Shown: one piece after another, positions 1 to 10,699 of the stretch | How positions within the stretch are numbered: position 1 is the stretch's first letter | Layout: each line of letters starts with the position of its first letter | Source of the DNA: Promethearchaeum syntrophicum | GTDB lineage: Archaea; Asgardarchaeota; Lokiarchaeia; Sigyniarchaeales; Promethearchaeaceae | DNA: 32,000 bases | Assembly: GCF_008000775.2 (NCBI RefSeq) | Contig: NZ_CP042905.2 | Span: 1,680,001-1,712,000, forward strand | Direction: 5' to 3' | The notes under the pieces: generated by a model | What the model was told of the DNA's origin: nothing | The model's input: only the letters and a program-made list of their open reading frames with translations | The model's database searches: none | Position numbers and translations under genes: made by a program

Positions 1-2
1 GC

Positions 3-797
3 GAAAAAGAGAAAAAAACCGATTTTTGGAAAAAAATTACTGATTATATAAATATTGAACAATTGGATGATATTTTTAGTAGCGATACAGGACTCTTGCG
101 TACCATTTTAAGCAAGGGAATCGAAAAAGCAACCCATATGCCTGCTCTTGATTTTATGGATCATTTTACAAATGATGAAGAAAAAGTAATTCAGATCATA
201 GGTTATATCGGAGTTCATCTTGTGAACGAATATGGCCAATTTCTTGATAAATTAATGGAAAAAGAAAATACATCAAAGGTAATCGGCCATATGTTCTTAT
301 TTATTAAAGAAAATATCGAAAAATTTGTCCCCGTTTCAACAATTGGAGAAATTAAAAATTACTTTGCTGAAGTATTTGAAGAAATGGCTCCTGCGGTTTT
401 TGTGGAAAATTTACGTAATATTCCATCAGAAGATGTTGTGCAATTAATACTTCAAGGTATGCAAAAAGCTTTAATTGATATTGGAGTAGATTTCTCTGCC
501 TTAAAGGAATCTATTAAAGATGAGTTTAAAAAATCCGAAGAAGAGAAAATTGATAAAGCTTTAGTTGAATCTGCCTCTGAAAAAGAGAGAAAAGAACAAA
601 AAAATCAATTAATGGAGGAATTTTTAAAGGAATTTATGATTGTTTCAACAGCTTTAATTACTCTTCCTTCCCAAATAGCTATAGTTGTGCTCTATAATAC
701 TATTTCTGGGTCATCTGAAATATTTTCAAATCTTTTTAATAGTCTAAAGGATAGTATTCAAAAAATTGTGGATCTTTTCGAAGAACTAAAAGAATAA
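3..797 (+). CDS. Hypothetical mostly helical protein, 5'-truncated by the window edge
   Basis: Frame stays open upstream of the TTG at 63 to the window start (..EKEKKTDFWKKITDYINIEQ-LDDIFSS..); stop at 797; no recognised family. Confidence 0.6.
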   Translation, partial: EKEKKTDFWKKITDYINIEQLDDIFSSDTGLLRTILSKGIEKATHMPALDFMDHFTNDEEKVIQIIGYIGVHLVNEYGQFLDKLMEKENTSKVIGHMFLFIKENIEKFVPVSTIGEIKNYFAEVFEEMAPAVFVENLRNIPSEDVVQLILQGMQKALIDIGVDFSALKESIKDEFKKSEEEKIDKALVESASEKERKEQKNQLMEEFLKEFMIVSTALITLPSQIAIVVLYNTISGSSEIFSNLFNSLKDSIQKIVDLFEELKE

Positions 798-841
798 TTC
801 CGTTCCACAATATTTTTTTTGTTTGTTTCATTTTTCAAATC

Positions 842-1024
842 ATGTCTTCAAAAGAATATCGTGAATTAGCTGAACAAATAAGGATCAAAAGACAGTTACC
901 TTATACAATATCAATAGAAAAAATTGATGGAGATACGATTACAACTCACAATATTTGGGGAAATACCGTTATTTACAAGGAATTAAAGGATGGAGATTTT
1001 GAAATCCTACAATACTCTGATTAA
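842..1024 (+). CDS. Small hypothetical protein (60 aa)
   Basis: ATG-started short ORF collinear with the upstream gene; no homology recognised. Confidence 0.45.
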   Translation: MSSKEYRELAEQIRIKRQLPYTISIEKIDGDTITTHNIWGNTVIYKELKDGDFEILQYSD

Positions 1025-1052
1025 TTTTTAAACTAACTATTTTACGATTTTT

Positions 1053-1922
1053 TTACGATTTAATGAAATTCATTGCTTTCTTAATTTTTTCTAAGTCATC
1101 TGCGTTAATTTCTGGAAATTCTTGGTTAATTTTGTCGATATAACTGTCTGGAATTCTCCTAAATTTGTATATTATGAATCCAAGAATAAATAAGAAACAA
1201 CTAGGGAGAAAAAATAGTACAAAAAATGAGAAACCAGTAATATAAATAAATTCTGCAGAATTGATTGCATCTCCAGGTAGTAAAAGTTTTATTTTCCAAA
1301 TGCTCCATTGTGAGTAGGTGATAAGTAAAGAATCCACTAGATATAAACTAATAAGAAATAGCATTGAAAAAATTAAAAAGAATTGAATTTTAATAAGTGA
1401 TTTCTTATCGATACCAAAAAATCTTTCAAATTTTTTATATCTTTCATTTGCACTATCTTTAATAACTAAATTCATACGCGAGTTTATCAAAATCAAAGAT
1501 GATAATAAAAACCAAGTCATCAAAAAGATCAAAATAAGTAGAATTGTATACCAAATTCCATAGTTTTGCATTAAATGCGGATTATTCTTCGAATCCAAAC
1601 CAAATAATCCAATAATTAATATTTGGATAAATGAGGATCCAAATAATATTAGAGAAGGTAGTGAATCATTGCTAAATAAGTGAAATTTTAAACTATAATT
1701 AGAAATTTTCATCTGGTAATGTTGTAAATCATTGTAAATTAAGAAAAAGAACAGTCCAACAATTGTAAATAACGGATACAAAAATAATAAAATAGAGTTC
1801 CAATTTTGATTGTAAACTATTAGAAGTTCTATAAGTAAAACCAAGAACACACTTAATAACCATTTATTGGTTAATATTTTAGAAATCGGTTTATTTGTAT
1901 CTAATTCACCTAATTCATCCAT
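1053..1922 (-). CDS. Multi-pass membrane protein of unknown function
   Basis: 289 aa ORF with repeated hydrophobic segments (WLLSVFLVLLIELLIVY, ILFLYPLFTIVGLFFFLIY, ...). Confidence 0.6.
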   Translation of the reverse strand: MDELGELDTNKPISKILTNKWLLSVFLVLLIELLIVYNQNWNSILLFLYPLFTIVGLFFFLIYNDLQHYQMKISNYSLKFHLFSNDSLPSLILFGSSFIQILIIGLFGLDSKNNPHLMQNYGIWYTILLILIFLMTWFLLSSLILINSRMNLVIKDSANERYKKFERFFGIDKKSLIKIQFFLIFSMLFLISLYLVDSLLITYSQWSIWKIKLLLPGDAINSAEFIYITGFSFFVLFFLPSCFLFILGFIIYKFRRIPDSYIDKINQEFPEINADDLEKIKKAMNFIKS

Positions 1923-2081
1923 TATAACGTAAATATAACGGGTTAAAAATAAATTTTTTCAATCTTTTTTAATTTTAATTCTAATTTCTATTAAGCCATT
2001 AAGGAGTGAATCCAAATATAAAAGAAAATTAGAATAATCCTTAAGTTCATTTTCACTTGATCAAATAAATTGTGATTTTTC

Positions 2082-4067
2082 ATGGTTATCTTAGGATATA
2101 ATGATTATTTCCCGTATTCCTCATATCGCCCTTCTCAAGAAAAGGTAATTCAGGAGATTTCAGAGGCGGTGGCACTTGGGAAAAATTCAATATTAATTGC
2201 TACAAACGGAACAGGAAAAACCGTCATGGCTCTTTCTGCAGCTCTTCCCATTGTTATGCAAGATCCAAAGAGGAAAATTTTGTTTTGTTCAAGAACTTTT
2301 ACTCAAAATGCTCGTGTAATTGAAGAATCAAAAGAAATTGTACATAAAAATGGTGATGGTGATAAAATTCAATCTTTTGGCGCTTTAAGTCTACGTGGGC
2401 GTAATGAGATGTGCATCCATAAAACAATAACTAGATTGAAATTACCCCCTAGAGAATCTATGAGTGTTTGTGCAACTTTACGAAAAAATAAGAGGTGCAA
2501 ATTCTTTCTTAATCTTTTTAAAAAGAAAAGAAATAAGGAATTTGAAGATTATCTAGAAATTCTCGCAGAAAGTCCATTGGAATCCCAAGATTTAATGGAT
2601 CTGGCTGAGAAAGATGATCTTTGTCCATATTTCTTAAGTAAAACATTGCTAGCAAAAGAAAAAATCGTTGTCTGTAATTATCAATGGATATTTGAACCCA
2701 ATATTAGAAAAAACTTTATGGAAGCAATGGGTACTACTTTATCAGATTGTGTAGTTATTATGGACGAATGCCATAATCTTCCTGAGATCGCTACTGGAAT
2801 TAATTCATTTCGGTTAACCCCTTTTACTTTATCACAAGCGTTAAAAGATTTAGAAATATTTAGAGCAACTCTTAATTTAATTCATTTTATTGAGAATCTT
2901 GCAGAAATTTTAAAGAATATTAAGAAAAATCAAAATTTCAATGAAGTAAAACTGAAAAAACATCGTTTTCTTCAAGAAATTCTCAAAAAAAACAACTATA
3001 ATTCTTTGACTGAGTTAAAAAAAATACTTATTGATTTGAACGAATACGGTGAAGCAATCCAAGCCGAAAAAATCGAAAGGAATATGATTCTGAGGGATCA
3101 TATTTTCCCAATCGTTGATTTTTTTAACCAATACATTGATCACATTGATGATGAAGCATATTTTCCTTGTTTAACCATGAAAGACACTTCTAAAGGAAAA
3201 TCTATTGCATTAGAAGTAAAATGTTTCGCTCCACGCCTAATTACTGATCCCATTTTTAAAGAAAGTTTTGCCACATTATCTTTATCTGGGACATTACATC
3301 CGTTTACATATACGCAGCTATTGGGACTTAATGAATCTGGAAAAAAGTTAAAAATTATAAAAATGAAACCTCCCTTTCCAAAAAAAAATGCAAAAGTACT
3401 TTTAACCCGCGATCTTAACACACGTGGAAATAATCGAACAGCAGAAACGTATCGGAGTATCCTAATTGCATTAAAACCAATCTTAATGAACACTCCTAAA
3501 AATGTAGGTGTATTTTGTGCTTCTTATGAAGTTTTAAATGGGTTATTGGATAACGATTTTGAACGGCTAGCAAAGATGTGCAATAAAAAAGTATACCATG
3601 AAGAAATGGGATTAAGTGCTAAAGATAATGATGTAATAATTGAAAATTTCAAAGAACAAAGTACCAAAGAATCAGGTAACGGTGCGGTGCTATTAGGCGT
3701 CTGTGGTGGAAGAAATAGTGAGGGGGAAGATTTTCCTGGAGATAATATGAATGCCGTTGTAGTTGTTGGTATACCGTTTCAACGCCCTACTCCCAGTGGT
3801 AATGCAAAGAATAATTATTATGAGAAGTTATTTCCTGGTAAGGGACGCCTTTTTGGATATACAATTCCCGCTTTACAACGTTCTAATCAAGCCTGTGGGA
3901 GGCCAATACGAAAAATGGATGATAGAGGTTTGATAGTATTAATGGATAATAGGTTCTGGCAACATCGCGCCTATTTATCAGACTGGATCCAGCAATCTAT
4001 AATAAAAATACCTAATAACACCACTATCATCAAAAGAGAAGTTCAAAGTTTCTTCTTACATGAGTAA
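2082..4067 (+). CDS. XPD/Rad3/DinG-like superfamily 2 DNA helicase with probable Fe-S domain
   Basis: Walker A-like ATNGTGKT, DECH box (VIMDECHNLP), motif VI-like QACGRPIRKMDDRG, and cysteines between motifs I and II (NEMCIH, SVCATL, RCKFF, LCPYF) as in Fe-S XPD helicases. Confidence 0.88.
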   Translation: MVILGYNDYFPYSSYRPSQEKVIQEISEAVALGKNSILIATNGTGKTVMALSAALPIVMQDPKRKILFCSRTFTQNARVIEESKEIVHKNGDGDKIQSFGALSLRGRNEMCIHKTITRLKLPPRESMSVCATLRKNKRCKFFLNLFKKKRNKEFEDYLEILAESPLESQDLMDLAEKDDLCPYFLSKTLLAKEKIVVCNYQWIFEPNIRKNFMEAMGTTLSDCVVIMDECHNLPEIATGINSFRLTPFTLSQALKDLEIFRATLNLIHFIENLAEILKNIKKNQNFNEVKLKKHRFLQEILKKNNYNSLTELKKILIDLNEYGEAIQAEKIERNMILRDHIFPIVDFFNQYIDHIDDEAYFPCLTMKDTSKGKSIALEVKCFAPRLITDPIFKESFATLSLSGTLHPFTYTQLLGLNESGKKLKIIKMKPPFPKKNAKVLLTRDLNTRGNNRTAETYRSILIALKPILMNTPKNVGVFCASYEVLNGLLDNDFERLAKMCNKKVYHEEMGLSAKDNDVIIENFKEQSTKESGNGAVLLGVCGGRNSEGEDFPGDNMNAVVVVGIPFQRPTPSGNAKNNYYEKLFPGKGRLFGYTIPALQRSNQACGRPIRKMDDRGLIVLMDNRFWQHRAYLSDWIQQSIIKIPNNTTIIKREVQSFFLHE

Positions 4068-4068
4068 T

Positions 4069-4770
4069 TTAACTTGAAAATGCAATATACAATGGAATAT
4101 AATGAAAAATTGCCCCGAGTAATATCCATATATGAAAAATTTCATGAAAACCAAATTTTCCTGGAATAGGATTTGGTTTTTTCATCTTATAGATTATCGC
4201 ACCAATTGTATAACTTAAACCGCCAGTAAAAAGTAGAATTATTGAAACCAAGGGCATTACTTGTGTTAGTTGATAAATTGGAATTATTGCTACCCACCCC
4301 TGTACTAAATAAATTGTAATTGTTACCCATCTGGGAGTATTTAATACTAAAAGCTTTAATATAATCCCCGAAATTACTAAGATCCATTGCAATAGTAGTA
4401 TACTCCATCGCCAAGCCCCTTCTAAAAATAGAAAACATATTGGAGTATAGGTTCCAGCTATCATGATAAATATTGCAATATGATCCATCTTCCGCCAGAA
4501 AGACTCTTCATTTTCTTCTTTCTTCTGAGCATGATAAATGGCTGAACTGATGAATAAAAAGAAGGTTGAAAGACCATAAATTAATGCAATTATAATATTA
4601 ACAATGTTTCCGTTCGACTTAAAAATTAAGATTGACATTCCTAAAATTGCCAATATCGCGCCAAATAGATGGGACATGCTTGAAAATTTCTCTTTTTGAC
4701 TAACCTTAAAAGAATTTTTCTTTTTTTTCTGTTTCAAATCAAGTTGATGGATATTTAAACTGTTTTGCAT
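4069..4770 (-). CDS. Hemolysin III / PAQR-family membrane protein
   Basis: SSAIYHAQ, RKMDHIAIFIMIAGTYTP and C-terminal HEIFHIWILLGAIFHY motifs; multiple TM segments. Confidence 0.88.
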   Translation of the reverse strand: MQNSLNIHQLDLKQKKKKNSFKVSQKEKFSSMSHLFGAILAILGMSILIFKSNGNIVNIIIALIYGLSTFFLFISSAIYHAQKKEENEESFWRKMDHIAIFIMIAGTYTPICFLFLEGAWRWSILLLQWILVISGIILKLLVLNTPRWVTITIYLVQGWVAIIPIYQLTQVMPLVSIILLFTGGLSYTIGAIIYKMKKPNPIPGKFGFHEIFHIWILLGAIFHYIPLYIAFSS

Positions 4771-4998
4771 AAATCAATATTCTCCGTTTATTTTAAACCT
4801 AAATCTCTCTGTTAATTGATAAATTTGCCTGGAAACTCTTGAAATGAATAATTCTAACTACTTTAAATTAAAATTTTAAAAAAGATTTAGGAAAATATGT
4901 TTTTACTCCTATGTAGATTTAACAATATATAATATTTAAACTTTTCAAATCTCTTTTTTAGAAAAAATAAAAAATCTTTCAGCTAAGTTATTACATAC

Positions 4999-6831
4999 AT
5001 GACAGATTCCAAACCTCACAAAAATATTTGGGTGTTTTGTTTTGAATATGCTGGTGTTGCAAAATTTGGTGGACTTGGTGAGGTATCCGCTAATCAGTGC
5101 CGTAGTCTCATCAACGATCCTGCTATAGATCTACAGATTTTCATGCCATCTCACGGTCGCCATCGTGAATTAAACAAATTAAATCTTAAACCTAGGTTAA
5201 AACCAGATGGAACTAAATTAGTATTGAAAGGTCATTTTGATCCCTCTTATTTTGGTAAAATTCAAGATCACTCACTCTCTTTCATGAAATTTCAATCTTA
5301 TTCGGATCTGGGTTATTTTGAAGTTGAAATCTGGCAAGGCATACTCGATAATGTTCCTATAAACCTCCTTGTTGGGGTCAATCCCATTTCTGCTAATTTA
5401 TTGAATGACCATGAGATCTACGGTTTTTCTACTTTAAACGGAAAAATGGGGCTATATGCTCATGTAATGCGAGAATATATGCGGTATTGCATTTATGAAC
5501 AACCTGAATTAATTCCGGATATAATCCACATCCATGATCACCATCCTGTGGCAGCCCTTTTATGTTGTCGACAAGAATTAAATAAAATGGATAAAGATGT
5601 TCGGACAATTATCACAATGCATTTATTAACATGGCCAAGAAGAGAGTTACCCTTTTTCTGGAAATGCGGTGTCAATAATGAACCGATGTTGGTTCAGATT
5701 GGAACATATCGAATATTGAAAAATATACAAGAAATATATGAAATGTGTCAAGATGGTGAAGATGTTGCACCTACCTTAGAGAAAATAGGGTGTGCCATTG
5801 CAGATAGAGTCATCGCGGTGAGTGAAAACTTTTTAAACTCAGATATTATCCCAAATTGTGGGGAAGATATAATCAGGTGGAAGAGTGATTTTACTTGGAA
5901 TGGATGTGATTGGGATTACCTCCAAAATCTAGAAAATATTTGGGTGAAATATTCCGAATTTTTACCCATAAAATCTATCGAGGATGTTAATTCTTGGGAT
6001 TTACGGAAATATCTCTTAGAAAATTGCATGGGAAACCTTCCGATAAATGAACCATATATTAAAAGCTTTGAAATAAAAATGGCAATTTCAAAAGAGTTTA
6101 ACGATTATCCTTATAGACCTGATTGTTCTGTTGAATCCTTTCAGTCGGACGGTCCTTTGGTGCTAATAACCGGTAGAGTATCCCCTCAAAAAGGTATAGA
6201 AAATATTTTGCTCGCATTACCTTACGTTTTATCCAAGATTCCTGATGCTAAATTTCTGTTTTTAATGGTACCCACAACTTATGGGTTAGCTGATTTACAG
6301 AACTATATGAAAACGGCTCGAAAATATCCGGATAATGTTAGATTTATATTTGGAATTGCTGGGAGCATTTATATGTTAGCCCATCTCTCTTCTGATGTTT
6401 ATTGTTGTCCAAGTAGATGGGAACCGTTTGGTATTGTTGCTCTCGAGGCGATGGCTTCAAAAATACCCGTCATCGCAACCTATGTTGGGGGATTAATGGA
6501 ATCGATGCTGCATCTGGAAGATCATCCCAAAGAAGGGACTGGTTTATTATGTCCCAATGAAGATGTAGATGCATTACAATTTGCATTGGTTTCCTTAATT
6601 ACTACTATGCAAATAGCGGAAGAGAAAAAAAAGAGTCCGAATTTAACAAATAAAGATTTCAAGAAGAAATTTGAGAATATTTCACATCCAAAACTCCGTG
6701 CCCTTGTTGAAAATGACTTGCTTTATGGAGAAAAAATTCGGAATAATGCCTTAGATCGGGTTGAACGTAATTTTCGATGGGAAATTGTATCTCAAAAATT
6801 GAAAAAAATTTACCTTAGCCTTAATTACTAA
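4999..6831 (+). CDS. Glycogen/starch synthase-like glycosyltransferase (GT5-like)
   Basis: N-terminal FEYAGVAKFGGLGEVSANQCRSL, LITGRVSPQKGIENIL, and SRWEPFGIVALEAMASKIPVIATYVGGLMES donor-site motif. Confidence 0.85.
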   Translation: MTDSKPHKNIWVFCFEYAGVAKFGGLGEVSANQCRSLINDPAIDLQIFMPSHGRHRELNKLNLKPRLKPDGTKLVLKGHFDPSYFGKIQDHSLSFMKFQSYSDLGYFEVEIWQGILDNVPINLLVGVNPISANLLNDHEIYGFSTLNGKMGLYAHVMREYMRYCIYEQPELIPDIIHIHDHHPVAALLCCRQELNKMDKDVRTIITMHLLTWPRRELPFFWKCGVNNEPMLVQIGTYRILKNIQEIYEMCQDGEDVAPTLEKIGCAIADRVIAVSENFLNSDIIPNCGEDIIRWKSDFTWNGCDWDYLQNLENIWVKYSEFLPIKSIEDVNSWDLRKYLLENCMGNLPINEPYIKSFEIKMAISKEFNDYPYRPDCSVESFQSDGPLVLITGRVSPQKGIENILLALPYVLSKIPDAKFLFLMVPTTYGLADLQNYMKTARKYPDNVRFIFGIAGSIYMLAHLSSDVYCCPSRWEPFGIVALEAMASKIPVIATYVGGLMESMLHLEDHPKEGTGLLCPNEDVDALQFALVSLITTMQIAEEKKKSPNLTNKDFKKKFENISHPKLRALVENDLLYGEKIRNNALDRVERNFRWEIVSQKLKKIYLSLNY

Positions 6832-6861
6832 AATAACTAATAATTTAATAAGTGAAATTTT

Positions 6862-7680
6862 ATGATAGAAAAAAAAGAACAGAAAGATGAAAAGATTATA
6901 TGCTCGGCCATATTTGAAGGTAAATCTTCTCGTGTAGTAATTACTGATTTTGATTGTGCCGTGTTTAAATCCCATGACAATCCTCCGCTTTTTATTATTG
7001 GATTTACTGGTGTTGGATTGGTTGGAACAATTGTATCCAATGAATTAATTGTACAACTAAAAATGAAACAAATTGGCTATGTTCTCAGCGAAGACCTTCC
7101 ACCTATCACACTTTTTTATGAAGGCATATTGAAACACCCCTTTCGTATATATTATTCTACGGAATATAATATTATTGTGTCCATTTGTGAAGTCCCTTTT
7201 AATCCCGGATCGTACATTGATTTATCTCGAACTTTAATGGATTGGGCACTTCATAACGAAATTCAAGATGTTATATGTCTTCAAGGAATGGCAGATGAAT
7301 CCTACCACCTTTCAGACAAAAAACCACCGGTTTATGCAGCGGCAGAAAGAGAAATCTTGGATAAAATTCTGACACTGGGTGTAATTCGACCCCCAAGCGG
7401 GGTACTACTTGGAGCTGAGGCAGCGATGTTAAATGAGTGTTTGAACAATAAACTTAATGGGGCAGTATTTTTAACTCCTGCTAATCCGAAATATCCCAAT
7501 CCTGAGGGAGCTGCAATAATTATGGAAAAAATTTCAGAAATTTATAAATTTCCAATTAAATTAGATACTTTACTCAAACAAAGTGCTGATATTAAGAAGA
7601 ACCTCGCGGAGTTAGCACAACACACAACAGAAATGCATTCACAAGGACCATTAAAACCATTTAGGGATTTGTATGCTTAA
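6862..7680 (+). CDS. PAC2-family (proteasome assembly chaperone-like) protein
   Basis: FIIGFTGVGLVGTIVSNELI, LPPITLFYEG, GVIRPPSGVLLGAEAAMLNECLN; typical archaeal PAC2 layout. Confidence 0.78.
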   Translation: MIEKKEQKDEKIICSAIFEGKSSRVVITDFDCAVFKSHDNPPLFIIGFTGVGLVGTIVSNELIVQLKMKQIGYVLSEDLPPITLFYEGILKHPFRIYYSTEYNIIVSICEVPFNPGSYIDLSRTLMDWALHNEIQDVICLQGMADESYHLSDKKPPVYAAAEREILDKILTLGVIRPPSGVLLGAEAAMLNECLNNKLNGAVFLTPANPKYPNPEGAAIIMEKISEIYKFPIKLDTLLKQSADIKKNLAELAQHTTEMHSQGPLKPFRDLYA

Positions 7681-7761
7681 AATGGTAACCTTTTTTCTCT
7701 TTTTATGATAAAACCAAAAAAATTTAATTAAATGGAAATTTGGTATTCTTAAGGTTTAATC

Positions 7762-8049
7762 ATGTCAGATATTGTTATAGGTTTAAAAGGTTCCATTGTT
7801 AATTATCGAATGTCCAAGAAAATAATTCATCCCCGATTTTCAATTTTAATGTTTGATGGGATAACTACGAGAACAGATGCTGGAAAAAAATTACTCGGTC
7901 ACACAGTACATTGGACTACTTCATCCGGAAAAGTAATGAAAGGAAAAATTACACGTGTACACGGAAATAATGGTGCAGTCTGTGCTCATTTTAAAGATGG
8001 CGGTTTACCTGGGCAAGCTTTTGGCACCAAAGTCACTATTGTTAAATAA
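7762..8049 (+). CDS. rpl35ae: Ribosomal protein eL33 (L35Ae)
   Basis: 95 aa; GKVMKGKITRVHGNNGAVCAHFKDGGLPGQAFGTKVTIV matches the conserved C-terminal half of L35Ae (GKVTRAHGNSGMVRAKF..LP..A.G). Confidence 0.88.
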   Translation: MSDIVIGLKGSIVNYRMSKKIIHPRFSILMFDGITTRTDAGKKLLGHTVHWTTSSGKVMKGKITRVHGNNGAVCAHFKDGGLPGQAFGTKVTIVK

Positions 8050-8181
8050 AATTATTATTATTTATTATCTATTTTTCTTATTTTTACAAAATTTTTGGAT
8101 ATAAAATTGAAATGTACAAAAATTTACACGGTTTATGCTAAGTAAGTCCGCTAAAACACATAAAATAAAAAAAAAAGAAAT

Positions 8182-8778
8182 TTAGGCGTTAACCATAATT
8201 TCTTGGGCAGAAATTGTTCTATAACAATTATCGACGGGATATACTACGACATATAATGTACTGGACGTTAATCCAGCAAATTTACTATTCCAAAGTACAG
8301 AAATGTTATATGTACTTGCAGGTAAATTCCCAGTTTCAAAGGAAATTTCTATATACTTGGTGTATTGAACTAATTCTCCAATAGGGCCATTATAATATTC
8401 TGAAAGTTCAACTGTTTCGTTTTTTACTCCCTCAATTTGCAAAGTGATATGATAAAAAGCCCCACCGTTAAAATTATCACTTAATAAAAGAGTTAATTGT
8501 ACATCAAAGGAAACTGATAACTTCGTATTTCCTTGTGTTGTGATGTTCATTTCTGTATCTAGCATCTTACTTGGAATTAGATCATCGTCTCTTATTTGAT
8601 CACTGCTATTAAATTCCTGATATTTCGATTGAATTACAACTTCACCGTTCGTTGTTTCACCATTCACAATATTTGGAAATAATAAAGGAAGACCGAAATA
8701 TATACCTGCTCCAGATATAAGTAAAGTAATGAAAACACTCGCTAATATTGTTCCTACTGTATTCATTTTTGTGCCCAT
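8182..8778 (-). CDS. Membrane-anchored extracytoplasmic hypothetical protein
   Basis: N-terminal hydrophobic anchor (TILASVFITLLISGAGIYFGLPLLF) followed by a beta-rich domain. Confidence 0.55.
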   Translation of the reverse strand: MGTKMNTVGTILASVFITLLISGAGIYFGLPLLFPNIVNGETTNGEVVIQSKYQEFNSSDQIRDDDLIPSKMLDTEMNITTQGNTKLSVSFDVQLTLLLSDNFNGGAFYHITLQIEGVKNETVELSEYYNGPIGELVQYTKYIEISFETGNLPASTYNISVLWNSKFAGLTSSTLYVVVYPVDNCYRTISAQEIMVNA

Positions 8779-8964
8779 TTTTTACACCTAATTGATGAAA
8801 AACTTTATGAGAAAAAATAAAGCTTACTAATTATTTTTTTTAGATTTTAATAATGTTATCTATGCTTACCAGAAATGATTAGCAATTTATTATCTAAAAA
8901 TTAAAGTAAAAAAATTTCTTATTTTGGTTTCTATTATTCTTATTTTCATTATTTCCTTGAGATA

Positions 8965-10185
8965 TCATGCCTTTTTGTATGCGATTTCACCATCTACCAA
9001 GGTCATTTCGACGTTTGCGTAGAAATTTGTAATGGGATGATCAGACCAAATTACTAAATCAGCATCTTTACCTTGTTCCAATGATCCAATGCGATCACCG
9101 ACCCCAACCATTTCGGCTGCATCGATTGTGACTGCTCGTAAGGCAATTTCCACTGGTAACCCACATTTCACTGCCATACACGGGAGCATTTGGAAATAAA
9201 GTAAGCGGGGGAATGTATCGGATTGGATCGAGATTTTAACTCCTGCTTTATGTAAAATAGCTGGAGTTTCAAATGTAATATCTTTCAGCTCTGATTTTTC
9301 GAAACCTACAATTGATGGGCCTACGGAAACGGGAACATGTTTTTTTGCCAAATAATCGGCGATTTTATGACCTTCAGTGCCATGGACAATCATTAATTTG
9401 AGATTAAATTCCTCACACAATCTTATTGCAGTAACGATATCGCTATGCATGTGACAATGGATATGAATTGGTATTTCTCGATTTAACACTTTCAAGAGGA
9501 CTTCTTTATCGAGATCCCTATCTGGCTTCGCGGGAATTTTGTCTAATTCTCCTTTTTCTTCTGCAGCTTTCTTCTTCGTTTCATAATCTTTCCATTTCAT
9601 CTCATACGCTTGAGCATCAACAAAAGCTTTCCTAAAGACACTTGCTATTCCCATTCGGGTCCCAGGGGTTTTTTTATCAGCACCATACACTCGCTTTGGA
9701 TTTTCACCTAAGGCGGCTTTCATTGCTGATGGTGCTCTGATGACATAATCTTCAATAGCTTTTGACTTCGCCCAGGTTTTAAGTAATGCAAATTGTCCTC
9801 CAATTACATTAGCACTCCCTGGACCGGTATTGATTGTAGTGACTCCTCCCTTTACACCTTCAACGAAATTTGGGCCTTCAGTATTAATAGCATCGATAGC
9901 TCTGACCATTGGGGTAGAAGGATTGGTCATTTCATTAACATCGACACCCATATCTCCAAAAGATGCATCATAAATTCCTTCATGGGTGTGGGAATTGACA
10001 AATCCTGGGATGATAGTTTTCCCTTCCGCATTGATAACCTCATATCCTTCAGGAATTGGTTTATCTTGGGTTAAAATTGCTTCAATTTTTCCGTCTTTTA
10101 TTAATAACGTACCGTGATCAATAACAGTGTTACTTTTATCACACGTATAAAGTGTTCCATTCTTTATTGCATAAGCCATTGTCAT
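8965..10185 (-). CDS. Metal-dependent amidohydrolase (imidazolonepropionase-like)
   Basis: GKTIIPGFVNSHTHEG, IHIHCHMHSDI, MIVHGTEGHK, SIQSDTFP, GSLEQGKDADLVIWSDHP. Confidence 0.85.
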   Translation of the reverse strand: MTMAYAIKNGTLYTCDKSNTVIDHGTLLIKDGKIEAILTQDKPIPEGYEVINAEGKTIIPGFVNSHTHEGIYDASFGDMGVDVNEMTNPSTPMVRAIDAINTEGPNFVEGVKGGVTTINTGPGSANVIGGQFALLKTWAKSKAIEDYVIRAPSAMKAALGENPKRVYGADKKTPGTRMGIASVFRKAFVDAQAYEMKWKDYETKKKAAEEKGELDKIPAKPDRDLDKEVLLKVLNREIPIHIHCHMHSDIVTAIRLCEEFNLKLMIVHGTEGHKIADYLAKKHVPVSVGPSIVGFEKSELKDITFETPAILHKAGVKISIQSDTFPRLLYFQMLPCMAVKCGLPVEIALRAVTIDAAEMVGVGDRIGSLEQGKDADLVIWSDHPITNFYANVEMTLVDGEIAYKKA

Positions 10186-10279
10186 TCAAAGGGTAAAATT
10201 TTTCATAAAATAAAAATTAATTTGCAGATATAGCTGTTGGATATAGTTGAAAATTTTCAGATTCCAATTTGAAATATTA

Positions 10280-10699
10280 TTAATAAGATATAGTTTCGAT
10301 ATTTTCTATTCGAATGAAATGTTCTGTATTTTTAGTTAGGATTTTATTAATACCATTAGAAATTGCAATTCCTGCAATTAATCCATCTCTGAATTCAATT
10401 TTTTGCCCTTTCCTAATTAAATTCCCTAAAACTTTTGCAGATTCTATTGCTGATTTCCTTTTAAATGGTAATATTTGGAATTTCGATAATAATACTTCTA
10501 AGTGTATTTTTCTTGCTTCTAAGAGAGAAGGCTTTTTTTCTAAGCTTTTATTTGCAAAAAGACCCAAATAAGTTTCGAATACATTAATTTCAGTTGTAAA
10601 GAGAGTTTCAGATGAATTTTTCAGAAGAAACTTTTTTACCTCCTCTTTTTTTCGAAGGGCATCAATTAGGAAAGTAGTGTCTACTAAAATTATTTTCAA
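10280..10699 (-). CDS. PIN-domain ribonuclease, VapC-like toxin
   Basis: ILVDTTFLIDALR N-terminus, E in TTEINVFETYLG, late acidic/N motifs (DGLIAGIAISNGINKILTKNTEHFIRI). Confidence 0.85.
   Translation of the reverse strand: MKIILVDTTFLIDALRKKEEVKKFLLKNSSETLFTTEINVFETYLGLFANKSLEKKPSLLEARKIHLEVLLSKFQILPFKRKSAIESAKVLGNLIRKGQKIEFRDGLIAGIAISNGINKILTKNTEHFIRIENIETISY

Noticed and set aside
2082-4067. Antisense ORF 3140-3493 and similar shadow ORFs elsewhere (e.g. 4187-4438, 9793-10074, 11699-11917, 14480-14788, 20629-21627)
   Set aside because: Fully inside strongly supported genes on the opposite strand, with no domain signal.
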